Assembly (NCBI GenBank): GCA_002269645.1
Contig: NIVC01000020.1
Span: 186,001-250,000 of the forward strand
From: Macrostomum lignano
Taxonomy: Eukaryota
DNA: 64,000 bases
Direction of reading: 5' to 3'
Within the stretch, counting starts at the first letter, position 1, and each line of letters opens with the position of its first letter. Of the stretch, positions 1 through 10,300 are shown one piece after another. Made by a program: the position numbers and the translations under genes. The notes beneath the pieces were generated by a model. The model was not told where the DNA came from and made no database searches. It saw nothing but the letters and a program-made list of their open reading frames with translations.

Positions 1-851
1 CTACTGCCGAATACAATGCGGAGGACCTCAAGTAAGATTGATTGTCCTCTTTACTTTTTTATTGGGAACTGGTTTATTTTTTTCAAATAAAATATTTTTG
101 ACCTTGTGTGCTTTCAGGTTCATCATCGTACTGGCAGTCTCGTGTTTCCTGTTCGCATTCGAGTTGCTATCCTTCCTGTTCGGCGTGACGATGTTCCTGC
201 CGACACAGAGCCTTTTCTGTATCCTTTCAAAAAATTGCTTATTTGACATGCTCTCATAGGCCCAAAAATGCTTAGGCTAGGTAGAATTCAAGGAAAATCT
301 CCTTAACTCTGTCCCATCCCTTCAGCCATCATAATCCACTGCGGCGGCACCGTCAGCTCCTGCTACTTCGTGCTCTGGGCCTGGAGCTACAGCCGCTTCT
401 GGCCGATCTTCGCTGTGACCATCGCGCTGCCAGCCCTGCTGGACCTCAGCCAGCTCATAGAGCGGGGCCTCCGCAAGCAGCTGTGATGAAGCCCAACTGC
501 ACCTCCCCAGCAGCCACCGGTCTTTCCCGTCCAACCCCACTAGGCGGCTGCTGTGCAGCGCAGAGAAATCAATAAATCTGTCAGCCATTCCTTAACTCCT
601 CGATTCCTCAAACCGAAATCGCAGCCACCGCCTCGCACTTCGCCGGCTCCGTGGCGCTGCTGCTGTTCCTGCTCGACTCCTGGCCCGTCAACGACTTCTT
701 CTACATCTTCGGTTTCTGCATCGCCTTCCCGGCCGTCACCGAAGTCTTCGCCATCATCTCCGCCTTCTCCTACTCGCCCAAGTCTGCCGAGGCGCCCGCC
801 AAATCCTCCAAGCAGGCGGCCGGGCAGCGGGGCGGCGCGAAAGCCTCCTAA
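1..851 (+). CDS. TMEM107: TMEM107 (ciliary transition-zone membrane protein), 5'-truncated by window edge; exons <1-31, 118-218, then terminal exon 326-486 (isoform A) or 625-851 (isoform B)
   Basis: Spliced translation TAEYNAEDLKFIIVLAVSCFLFAFELLSFLFGVTMFLPTQSLFSTASHFAGSVALLLFLLDSWPVNDFFYIFGFCIAFPAVTEV aligns by eye with the recalled human TMEM107 C-terminal half (TPEEYDKQDIQLVAALSVTLGLFAVELAGFLSGVSMFNSTQSLISIGAHCSASVALSFFIFERWECTTYWYIFVFCSALPAVTE). Donors GTAAGA (32) and GTATCC (219); acceptors at 117, 325, 624; phases consistent. Confidence 0.9.
219..624 (+). other. U12-type (minor spliceosome) GT-AG intron with two branch-point/acceptor sets
   Basis: 5' splice site GTATCCTTT (219-227) matches the U12 consensus; U12 branch points TCCTTAAC (300-307) and TTCCTTAAC (588-596), each followed by an AG-free stretch to CAG at 323-325 and 622-624. 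Confidence 0.85.
326..486 (+). CDS. TMEM107: TMEM107 alternative terminal exon A
   Basis: Phase-1 acceptor TTCAG|CC; translation (S)IIIHCGGTVSSCYFVLWAWSYSRFWPIFAVTIALPALLDLSQLIERGLRKQL* keeps H-C, W, F/YW-x-IF and ALPA of the TMEM107 C-terminus; AATAAA at 571-576. Confidence 0.75.
625..851 (+). CDS. TMEM107: TMEM107 alternative terminal exon B
   Basis: Phase-1 acceptor CGCAG|CC; translation (S)TASHFAGSVALLLFLLDSWPVNDFFYIFGFCIAFPAVTEVFAIISAFSYSPK...GAKAS*; AATAAA at 1168-1173. Confidence 0.85.
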
Positions 852-1500
852 ATTCCAAAATCGTCCATCGTCGGTTCTCGTAGAGGGTGTGACAAATTTT
901 GCGTCTCACAAATTATTGTTGCATGGTTGGTGCGAATTTGTATTTATCTGGTTGCCTGTGCCCCCGCAAAGCTCGGTTGCCATCCAAAGGTCCTTGGCAT
1001 GCCAGATTTCCTGTTTCGAATTCCTCTGTCCAGGCCGCTGCGGGCCGGCCCTGCAGCCACAGACAGAAATGTCAAGTGTAGCTATTGTTTACTATTTTCA
1101 AAGGCTCCTGAGATCAGCCAATCGCTCGGAATGATATTCCTGCTTCGCTGGTACCATAGTATGAGCAAATAAAATCTCAAGCGCTTCTTACATTTCTAAA
1201 ATGGATTTCTGGTCTCATTTTTTCTCAAATTTTACAGTCTGGCTTTAACTGACTACTGTTAAAGCAGTTGTTCTCTAATCCAGCGAGGAACTGCAGCCAG
1301 CTGTAGACTTTATTGACATTTTATGGCCAGTTGAAAGACTCAAGCCTTCAGTTTAAGTTTATTTCTCCACTGAAAAAATAAAAAAACAGAAAGCGATTGC
1401 GGCGCTCAGGTCTCACAGTCTTGGATTGCACCAGCGGCTCAGTCGGTGCCAGCTTCGTCACAGCCTGAGCTGGCAGCACATTTTGGCCCGCTGGGCACCT

Positions 1501-2013
1501 TCAAGACCTCCGGTGCATCAAGCTGCCGTCCAGGGTCGGCCAGATTGACCGCTGCTCCGCAAGCGACGGCAGTGGGACCGCGGTGCCGGCCGCAGTGGAC
1601 CGGCTGGCTCTGCGCAGTCCCGCGCCCGCTGCCGAGCCCCGCGCCCTGCCGCTCGGCGCGACTCTCAAGGACTGTCTGGTCGCGGACTGCGCATCCGCCG
1701 CCTGCGACTGCCGCTGCACGCCGCCCTCTGAACTGCCGCTGCCACCACGACCGGCCTGCAGCAGCGCCGGCCTGTCCGCCGCCTGAACTGCCGAGTTGCT
1801 GGCGATCGGCGCCGTCGTTGCCGCTGAGGCTGCGGCCGCCTTCCGTCTGCCGAGGCAGAAAAATCGCCACCTGCTGGGCCTCCGCCGCTCCTGCTGCTCC
1901 TGCAGCTCCGGCTGTTGCATCAGATGCGGCTGCTGCTGCTGCTGCGGATGCTGCCGCTGCCCCCTGCTGCTCAGTCTGTCCTGACGGGGCTGCTGCACTC
2001 CTGAACTTGACAT
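1501..2013 (-). CDS. Possible low-complexity (Gln/Ala-rich) coding exon of an unidentified gene convergent with TMEM107
   Basis: 170-codon GC-rich ORF with poly-Q/poly-A tracts like other exons in this window; minus-strand AATAAA motifs near 1310 and 1360. No domain recognised and no upstream exon confirmed. Confidence 0.35.
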   Translation of the reverse strand: MSSSGVQQPRQDRLSSRGQRQHPQQQQQPHLMQQPELQEQQERRRPSRWRFFCLGRRKAAAASAATTAPIASNSAVQAADRPALLQAGRGGSGSSEGGVQRQSQAADAQSATRQSLRVAPSGRARGSAAGAGLRRASRSTAAGTAVPLPSLAEQRSIWPTLDGSLMHRRS

Positions 2014-2410
2014 GGTTCAGATTGCCAGCCCCTCAACCTCTCCTTGATCCTGAGAAGTTTCGGCTTAGCTTTGTAAATTTGTCTGGCTAATCCCTGCTGC
2101 CTGGGGCGGCACTACAGACGAACTTCACTGAGTTGGAAACCTCGCAAAACAGGAAGCTCACATATTGACTTGCTGGCGCTTTGAGCCATAGACACCAGCG
2201 GCAGCTCTGAAGGCTGGATAGAGGACTATAAATAGCGCTCAGTGGAACTGCTATGTTATATACCTGCTTTTTTGAGCCTCATAAATGATAATATACATTT
2301 AGCCAGAGTTACCTTTGTAAATTTTAGAGTGCTTACGTTTTAGAGTTCTTAATAAAATTCAAGATGTCTGTTTTCACAAGCTTGAAACTTCATAAGCTAC
2401 TTACTGTGCA

Positions 2411-4013
2411 AGTGAGCAGTCAGTGCAGCCAGTGAGCAGTCAGTGCAGCCAGTGAGCAGTGGGTGCAGCCAGTGAGCAGTGAGTGCATCCAGTGAGCAGT
2501 GGGTGCAGCCAGTGAGCAGTGAGTGCAGCCAGTGAGCAGTGGGTGCAGCCAGTGAGCAGTGAGTGCATCCAGTGAGCAGTGAGTGCAGCCAGTGAGCAGT
2601 GAGTGCAGCCAGTGAGCAGTGAGTGCATCCAGTGAGCAGTGAGTGCATCCAGTGAGCAGTGAGTGCATCCAGTTAGCAGTGAGTGCATCCAGTTAGCAGT
2701 GAGTGCAGCCAGTGAGCAGTGAGTGCATCCAGTGAGCAGTGAGTGCATCCAGTGAGCAGTGAGTGCATCCAGTGAGCAGTGAGTGCAGCCAGTGAGCAGT
2801 GGGTGCAGCCAGTGAGCAGTGAGTGCATCCAGTGAGCAGTGGGTGCAGCCAGTGAGCAGTGAGTGCAGCCAGTGAGCAGTGGGTGCAGCCAGTGAGCAGT
2901 GAGTGCATCCAGTGAGCAGTGAGTGCAGCCAGTGAGCAGTGAGTGCAGCCAGTGAGCAGTGAGTGCATCCAGTGAGCAGTGAGTGCATCCAGTGAGCAGT
3001 GAGTGCATCCAGTTAGCAGTGAGTGCATCCAGTTAGCAGTGAGTGCAGCCAGTGAGCAGTGAGTGCATCCAGTGAGCAGTGAGTGCATCCAGTGAGCAGT
3101 GAGTGCATCCAGTGAGCAGTGAGTGCATCCAGTTAGCAGTGAGTGCAGCCAGTGAGCAGTGAGTGCATCCAGTGAGCAGTGAGTGCATCCAGTTAGCAGT
3201 GAGTGCATCCAGTTAGCAGTGAGTGCAGCCAGTGAGCAGTGAGTGCATCCAGTGAGCAGTGAGTGCATCCAGTGAGCAGTGAGTGCATCCAGTGAGCAGT
3301 GAGTGCATCCAGTTAGCAGTGAGTGCAGCCAGTGAGCAGTGAGTGCATCCAGTTAGCAGTGAGTGCATCCAGTTAGCAGTGAGTGCAGCCAGTGAGCAGT
3401 GAGTGCATCCAGTTAGCAGTGAGTGCATCCAGTTAGCAGTGGGTGCATCCAGTGAGCAGTGAGTGCATCCAGTGAGCAGTGAGTGCATCCAGTTAGCAGT
3501 GAGTGCAGCCAGTGAGCAGTGAGTGCATCCAGTTAGCAGTGAGTGCATCCAGTTAGCAGTGAGTGCAGCCAGTTAGCAGTGAGTGCATCCAGTTAGCAGT
3601 GAGTGCATCCAGTTAGCAGTGGGTGCAGCCAGTGAGCAGTGAGTGCATCCAGTTAGCAGTGAGTGCATCCAGTGAGCAGTGAGTGCATCCAGTGAGCAGT
3701 GAGTGCATCCAGTTAGCAGTGAGTGCAGCCAGTGAGCAGTGAGTGCATCCAGTTAGCAGTGAGTGCATCCAGTTAGCAGTGAGTGCAGCCAGTGAGCAGT
3801 GAGTGCATCCAGTGAGCAGTGAGTGCATCCAGTTAGCAGTGGGTGCAGCCAGTTAGCAGTGAGTGCATCCAGTGAGCAGTGAGTGCATCCAGTTAGCAGT
3901 GAGTGCATCCAGTTAGCAGTGAGTGCATCCAGTGAGCAGTGAGTGCATCCAGTTAGCAGTGGGTGCAGCCAGTTAGCAGTGGGTGCATCCAGTGAGCAGT
4001 GGGTGCAGCCAGT
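2411..4013. repeat. Minisatellite, 20-bp unit AGTGAGCAGTGAGTGCA(T/G)CC (two 10-bp halves), ~80 copies
   Basis: Directly visible periodicity. Confidence 0.97.
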
Positions 4014-4789
4014 TGGGTGCAGCTTTGCTACTTTTAGTAGAGCAGAAGGATTTGTTCAGCATTTGGCACAGTAAATTCCGAATCCCTGAGTGCCGTTGAG
4101 CACCGAGCCGGCAGTAGCAATATTTGCGAGCACAAGCAAGCAGGCAGGCCGCCTGCTTCGCTGCCGCCATTCGATCCTTATCAGAGCGTGTGAGAATCCG
4201 CCCGCAAATCCCCCTATCGCCACCCCCTCTGGCTCAATTAATTTTCCCGGGCGCCTGCATTTGCCCCGCTGCGACCTTCTTCAAGTCCTTGAAAATCGGG
4301 GAAGCCGCTGTTGTTGACGGGAAAAATTGGTGCTGTTGATAAACAGACTCAGAGTGGCTCAGGCCAAGAGCAGCCTGAAAATCTGTATATCGAAAATGTG
4401 TTTCTTACAAACTGTGAAAGAATATTCAGCCCACTATCTCTACACAAAAGCTGCTTGAAGGCAGAATATTTCGGCATTTGGGTTTCTGCGCATCCGCCGA
4501 AGAGCTCCGAATTTCTGTGTTCGAAAGGCGCGCCTGCTCAACTGCGCAGTGGCTGCCCCGCCTTTGCGACTCAGCGAGCCTGCTCAGCATCTGCGCACCA
4601 CAGCTCTGAGCCGTGAAAGCGCTTTCGGCCAGGTCCGGTGGAGCCTTGCAGAGTTGCTGCCCACAGGTCTTCGGTTGAGAACTGCTCACTTTGTAGGAAT
4701 GAAGGACTTGGCTGAGTTTTCCTGCTGGATATTTCTCAGGCTAACCTGGAGACTACTTTTGACTTCCAGGCACTCTGTTATCTCTTCTG

Positions 4790-5810
4790 GCAGTCCGCTC
4801 TCTCCTCTTGCACTCCACTCTCTCTTCTGGCACTCTGCTCTCTTCTGGCACTCCAATCTCTCATCTGGCACTCCACTCTCTCTTGTGGCACTCCAATCTC
4901 TCATCTGACACTCCACTCTCTCTTCTGGCACTCCAATCTCTCTTGTGGCACTCCAATCTCTCATCTGGCACTCCACTCTCTCTTGTGGCACTCCAATCTC
5001 TCATCTGGCACTCCACTCTCTCTTGTGGCACTCCGATCTCTCTTATGGCACTCCAATCTCTCATCTGGCACTCCAATCTCTCTTGTGGCACTCCAATCTC
5101 TCATCTGACACTCCACTCTCTCTTCTGGCACTCCAATCTCTCTTGTGGCACTCCAATCTCTCATCTGACACTCCACTCTCTCTTCTGGCACTCCAATCTC
5201 TCTTGTGGCACTCCAATCTCTCATCTGACACTCCACTCTCTCTTCTGGCACTCCAATCTCTCTTGTGGCACTCCAATCTCTCATCTGGCACTCCACTCTC
5301 TCTTGTGGCACTCCAATCTCTCATCTGGCACTCCACTCTCTCTTGTGGCACTCCGATCTCTCTTGTGGCACTCCAATCTCTCATCTGGCACTCCAATCTC
5401 TCTTGTGGCACTCCAATCTCCTTTGTGGCACTCCAATCTCTCATCTGACACTCCACTCTCTCTTGTGGCACTCCAATCTCTGATCTGGCACTCCACTCTC
5501 TCATCTGGCACTCCAATCTCTCTTCTGGCACTCCGCTTTTTCCTCTGACACTCCACTCTCTCTTCTGGCACTCCAATCTCTCTTGTGGCACTCCAATCTT
5601 TCATCTGGCACTCCACTCTCTCATCTGGCACTCCAATCTCTCTTCTGGCACTCTGCTCTCTTCTGGCACTCCGCTTTTTCCTCTGACACTCCACTCTCTC
5701 TTCTGGCACTCCAATCTCTCTTGTGGCACTCCAATCTCTCATCTGGCACTCCAATCTCTCATCTGGCATTCCAATCTCTCATCTGGCACTCTAATCTATA
5801 TTCTGGCACT
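4790..5810. repeat. Minisatellite, ~20-bp unit TGGCACTCCA(A/C)TCTCTC(A/T)T(C/G)
   Basis: Directly visible periodicity with variant units. Confidence 0.95.
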
Positions 5811-6226
5811 TCACTATCTTCTCTAGCACCCCACCCCACAAAGCTCAGTTTATGCCCACAGAATGTCTGACAATGCTATATACGAGTATTTTGACTTCAG
5901 TTCAATCCTAAACTACTTACATTGTTCTCGCCGTTGGCGGTATAACGCGAGTATTCATTGATTGCATAATATTCCCGAATTCACAAATGGCAAGAGGCTG
6001 ATTCACCATTCTGTGTAAGTTAACAGCATTGCATAGCATTGCTATATCCCAGAGCAATGGGATTTTCCTCCCACTGCAAGTGGTTTCCCATTGTCTCAGG
6101 CTTAACACAGTCTTGTCTTCTCCTGTCGGCTTGGGAAGTGCAGGGGGATCTGGCGGAATTGAAGGAGAATCTCTTTCCTCTCCGTTTCCATTTCGCACGG
6201 CTGGCCTGGCAACTCAGAGCCCAAGT

Positions 6227-6482
6227 GGGGGGGGGGGGGGGGCGGTGGGTTCGTCAGGCTGCCCGCCCGCCCTGGAGCGACTCGGGCCGCGCCATTGGCC
6301 AGGCCTGGGCGAGGGGCGCGCGAACCGCTGGGCTGTTTAAGAGCGGCAGCCAGGCGAGTCGGGGCGAGTCGGAAGGAGAGGCGCAGCGACAACCTGACTA
6401 ACGAGAGGCGCGAACCCCGGATGCGCCCCGCCCAGTGAGACGCCAAAGAGCGACACAAACAGCCCGAGCTTCCACCGGCCAA
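6227..6482 (+). promoter_or_regulatory. CpG-rich putative promoter and non-coding first exon of the TBC1D2-like gene
   Basis: Poly-G (6227-6242), ATTGG/CCAAT near 6294, CpG density; donor AA|GTGAGT at 6483 could splice to acceptor TTTTCATAG|C at 7300, 18 nt before GCCATG (7318). Confidence 0.45.
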
Positions 6483-7317
6483 GTGAGTCTCCTCGCCATG
6501 TGTCGCCCACAAAAAGCTCATCAAATCCCTATTTGCACAGCTATCGCCGCTTGTCTGAAATTCATTTGTACCCAGATAAAAATCCCTCCTCAGCTTGAAT
6601 TCCCCAGTCTATTTCACCTCCTGCTCAGCTGAGCTGCTCTGTTGCTAAGCGCTCCGCTCCCAATCAAAAAACAACGCGGATTTCTCAGTGGAGCAGACGG
6701 CGAAATGAGGCTGGATGGGGGAGGGGCGCTGAGAACCTTGACAGGCTGCCCAGCTCTCCCAGTCTCTCCCAGTCTCTCATTGTTCTGCCTCTCCTACCCC
6801 AGGCTGATGGCGTACGCTGCCCCCGCCCACAGCCTCAAAGTGCAGGTGCTCAGGCTGGTGCTCAGCCGTTATCGATTGAGAAACTCCGTCCGCTCTCAGC
6901 CGCCCCGGCCCGCAGCCTCCCTGAATTCTCGCCGCGCTCTCCAGCCTCCAAAAAGTGCCTCCCGGGCATCCGCGTCCAGCTGGGAATTGTTTGCCCTGCC
7001 CACCAGCCCCGGCGCAAGCCCTCCCTGCCAGCTCCCCGCTCTCTGCGACCCGCCAGGAGTGAGCAGGGAGCCGCCGCCTGCCCGTCCTCCTGCGCCCACC
7101 TTTTTCACCTCCCCCCCCCCACCTCGTCAAAAACTGTATTTGGGCCGGCTCCGCGGCTCAGCAGGAGCAGCAGAGGGTTGGAGAAGCAGCCCTTAGCCAG
7201 AGGAATCGCATCCGCTCGCACTGGCATTTCTCTGCTTTGAGTTCTCCTTCCACCGTACAAGGATTTCTGCAAACGCCCCCGCTTTTCAAATTTTCATAGC
7301 CGCGGAAGTCGACCGCC

Positions 7318-10300
7318 ATGTCCGGCTGGCACTCCCTGTCCGGACTGCTGTACAGCAAGCCCACTGGCGGTGAGTTGCCGACGCCTCTGTGCTGCACCGC
7401 AGGCTGAGCCCGCGGCCTTCAAACTCACCCGACCCCCCTTCACCACCTCTTGCAGCCTTCAGCCGGTTCAAGTCCAAGCGGCCGCAGTACTATGTGTTCG
7501 AGGAGAGCAAGTGCCAGCTGCACTTCTACAAGGACAAGCACGAGGCCGCGCAGAAGGACAAAGAGCCGCTGGGCACCATCAACGTGCGCGGCGCCTCCAT
7601 CACGCTACACTTTGAGGAGCCAAACAGCTTCGTCATCAAGTGAGTCAGTTTTGTTGGCGTGGGAGCTGCTTTGAGCGCTGCCGCAAATCCAGGCCGCCCA
7701 GATTCTTAGTGTCTGAGCTTCTGAAAACTGGAAGTGCAAAGCTTATAGAGGTCCTCGATTCGAATCCGCCCGCAGCTCCGACAGCAAGGAGTTCATCCTG
7801 CAGGCGGAGAATCACGAGTCCATGATGATCTGGCTGCTGGCGCTGCAGGCCAACCGGGACGCCTTCGCCAGCCGCGAGCTCAAGCCCGAGAACAGCCGGA
7901 TGAGCAAGCAGCTCGCCCTGGCTCACAAGCGGGTGAGAAATACTCGTAAATCCCCATGGGGCTTTGCAGTCACTCCTCCCAGGGTCCGAGTGCCCCATCC
8001 AGGCCCCCAGCTCGAGGTGCCGCGGAAATTGCCCCCGGAAGCAGCGGAACCGCAACGGCCTCGAACCCCCGGCTGGCTTTCCATAATTTACTCACGTTTT
8101 ACGACCGGCCGCTGCAAGAACTCGAGCTTCAAAAGCAACAAGGCCAAGAAAGGCTGAAACCAAGGACAACTGAAGTATATAACGTAACTTCAGTTGTCCT
8201 TGGCTGAAACTACAAAAGCAGTTGTTTGAAAGAGGCGGATTGTCTCGCGCAAGCGACGAGTTGCGGGCTGGGCGCTTCCGCCCGCCGCCGCCCCCGGAGC
8301 GGAGGTGGGGCAGGGGCGGCCGCACACGGCTGAGGAGCCCCCCCCCCACGGTCGGAACTCGGTGGCAATTTCGCTGTCTTATCGATCAGGATTTGCCCCC
8401 CCCCCCGGTGTTCACGCATGTGGAAAGTGCTGGCGGGGGGGCGCACCGGTGTCAGCCGCTGCGACCTCTCAGTACGCGGCACACGCGGCGGCCCCCAGCT
8501 GTTGCCACGGGCCAGGGGAGCAGAGCGGAGCAGCTCCCAGCGCGGGCCCAAGCTTTGGAAGATTTGCTGGCAAAGCGTGGGTTTAAATTTGGTATCGCGT
8601 GGCTTTAGACTTTTAGCCGGCTCGGGATTTACAGATTGGTTTTTTGCTGTATGTGGCATTAATATCATGTCGGCTAATCCAATGATTCATGACAGCAGTT
8701 CAAGGTGTCCGCCAATAGAAGGAGTATGTAGATTGTAGGAGTATCGTTCCTGCCAATTGCAATGAACAGGAGAAACAGAGAGTTCAGTTGGAGACTGGTA
8801 GCGACCATGCGTCCCTCAGACTGCTATTTTTTCCAACCGGGTTGAATCTGACCTTGAATTGCTCAGTCTGATGGCCACAGAAAGTACAATTTTCATAAAT
8901 TGGTGGTCACTGAGGACTGTTGAGAATCGCAGGCAAATCAGATTTGTTATTTCAGGGTCAACTATATTTGAAAGCCTGGGCTTAACTGAGCAAACTGATT
9001 TCAGCTCTTTATACGCATGCACTCTATAGTCTATGGCCTAACCTTCCCAGCTCCGAATCTCCTCTGCAAACTGACTTCAGCGCTTCATAAGTCTAGCCAT
9101 GTACTATAGTCTATGGCCTAACCTTCCCAGCTCCGAATCTCCTCTGCAAACTGACTTCAGCACTTCATAAGTCTAGCCATGTACTATAGTCTGTGGCCTA
9201 ACCTTCCCAGCTCCGAATCTCCTCTGCAAACTGACTTCAGCGCTTCATAAGTCTAGCCATGTACTATAGTCTATGGCCTAACCTTCCCAGCTCCGAATCT
9301 CCTCTGCCAACTGATTTCAGCGCTTCAGCGATAACACGGACAGGCACTACTCATGGACTGTGAGTGACCCCTCTGTCCCTGCACCCCTGCATGCCGCGGT
9401 GATTATCGGTGCCACCACCTGCCCCCCGTGTTGTGCTTTCGGTGCTCCTGGTGGCTTTGGCTGCGATAGCCCTGATGATATAGTTATTATTAGCTGATTA
9501 GCCCGCACCGCTAGCTGCTGCTAATTGTAGCTCTTACACCACCGAGCCTCAGGCCCACCGATCATGTTTATCCTGCACAGCGGCATTTTATAGTGTGCAT
9601 ATTTATTCTGCTGAGGCCTGGTGAAGTCGTTTGGCAGAAACTGCTTTTCGTGTTTTTTAATTTATATGTAACGATGCGGCACTGACTGAGAGATCCCCCA
9701 AATATGAAATCTTCAGTTTCAAGTCCTGAATCTCGAGTCCCGAACCCTGAATCTAGAGTCCCAAACCCTAAATCTAGAGTCCCAAACCCTGAATCTAGAG
9801 TCCCAATTCCTGAATCTCGAGTCCCAAACCCTGAATCTCGAGTCCCAAACCCTGAATCTCGAGTCCCGAACTCTAAATCTCGAGTCCCAAACCCTGAATC
9901 TCGAGTCCCAAATCTTAAATCTCGAGTCCGAAATTCTAAATCACAAGTCCTTGATCCTAAACCTCGAGTCCTGGTTCCTAAGCCTCGAGTCCTGAATTTT
10001 AAATCTCGAGTCCTGAATCCTGAATCAGGAGTCTAAAATCGTAAATCTCGAGTCCCGATCTAAAATCTCGAGTCCCGAATCCTAAATCTCGAGTCCCGAA
10101 TCCTAAATCTCGAGTCCCAAGTTCTGAATCTGGTACCCTGAATCTGAACCTGCAAATCCTGAGCTACAGAAACTGGCAGGCAGTGCGGCACTTTGAGCCA
10201 CTCAAATATTTAGTTAAACTCGAATTCCCACAGTTTTCGATTTTCCCGCTAGCCTACCGTTGGCGGGGAACTCGGACTGCACTTTCGAATAGCCGCTAAT

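Noticed and set aside
2397-3828. His/Cys-rich repeat ORFs (possible metal-binding protein)
   Set aside because: All three frames give the same peptide from a 20-bp repeat; no splice or start context.
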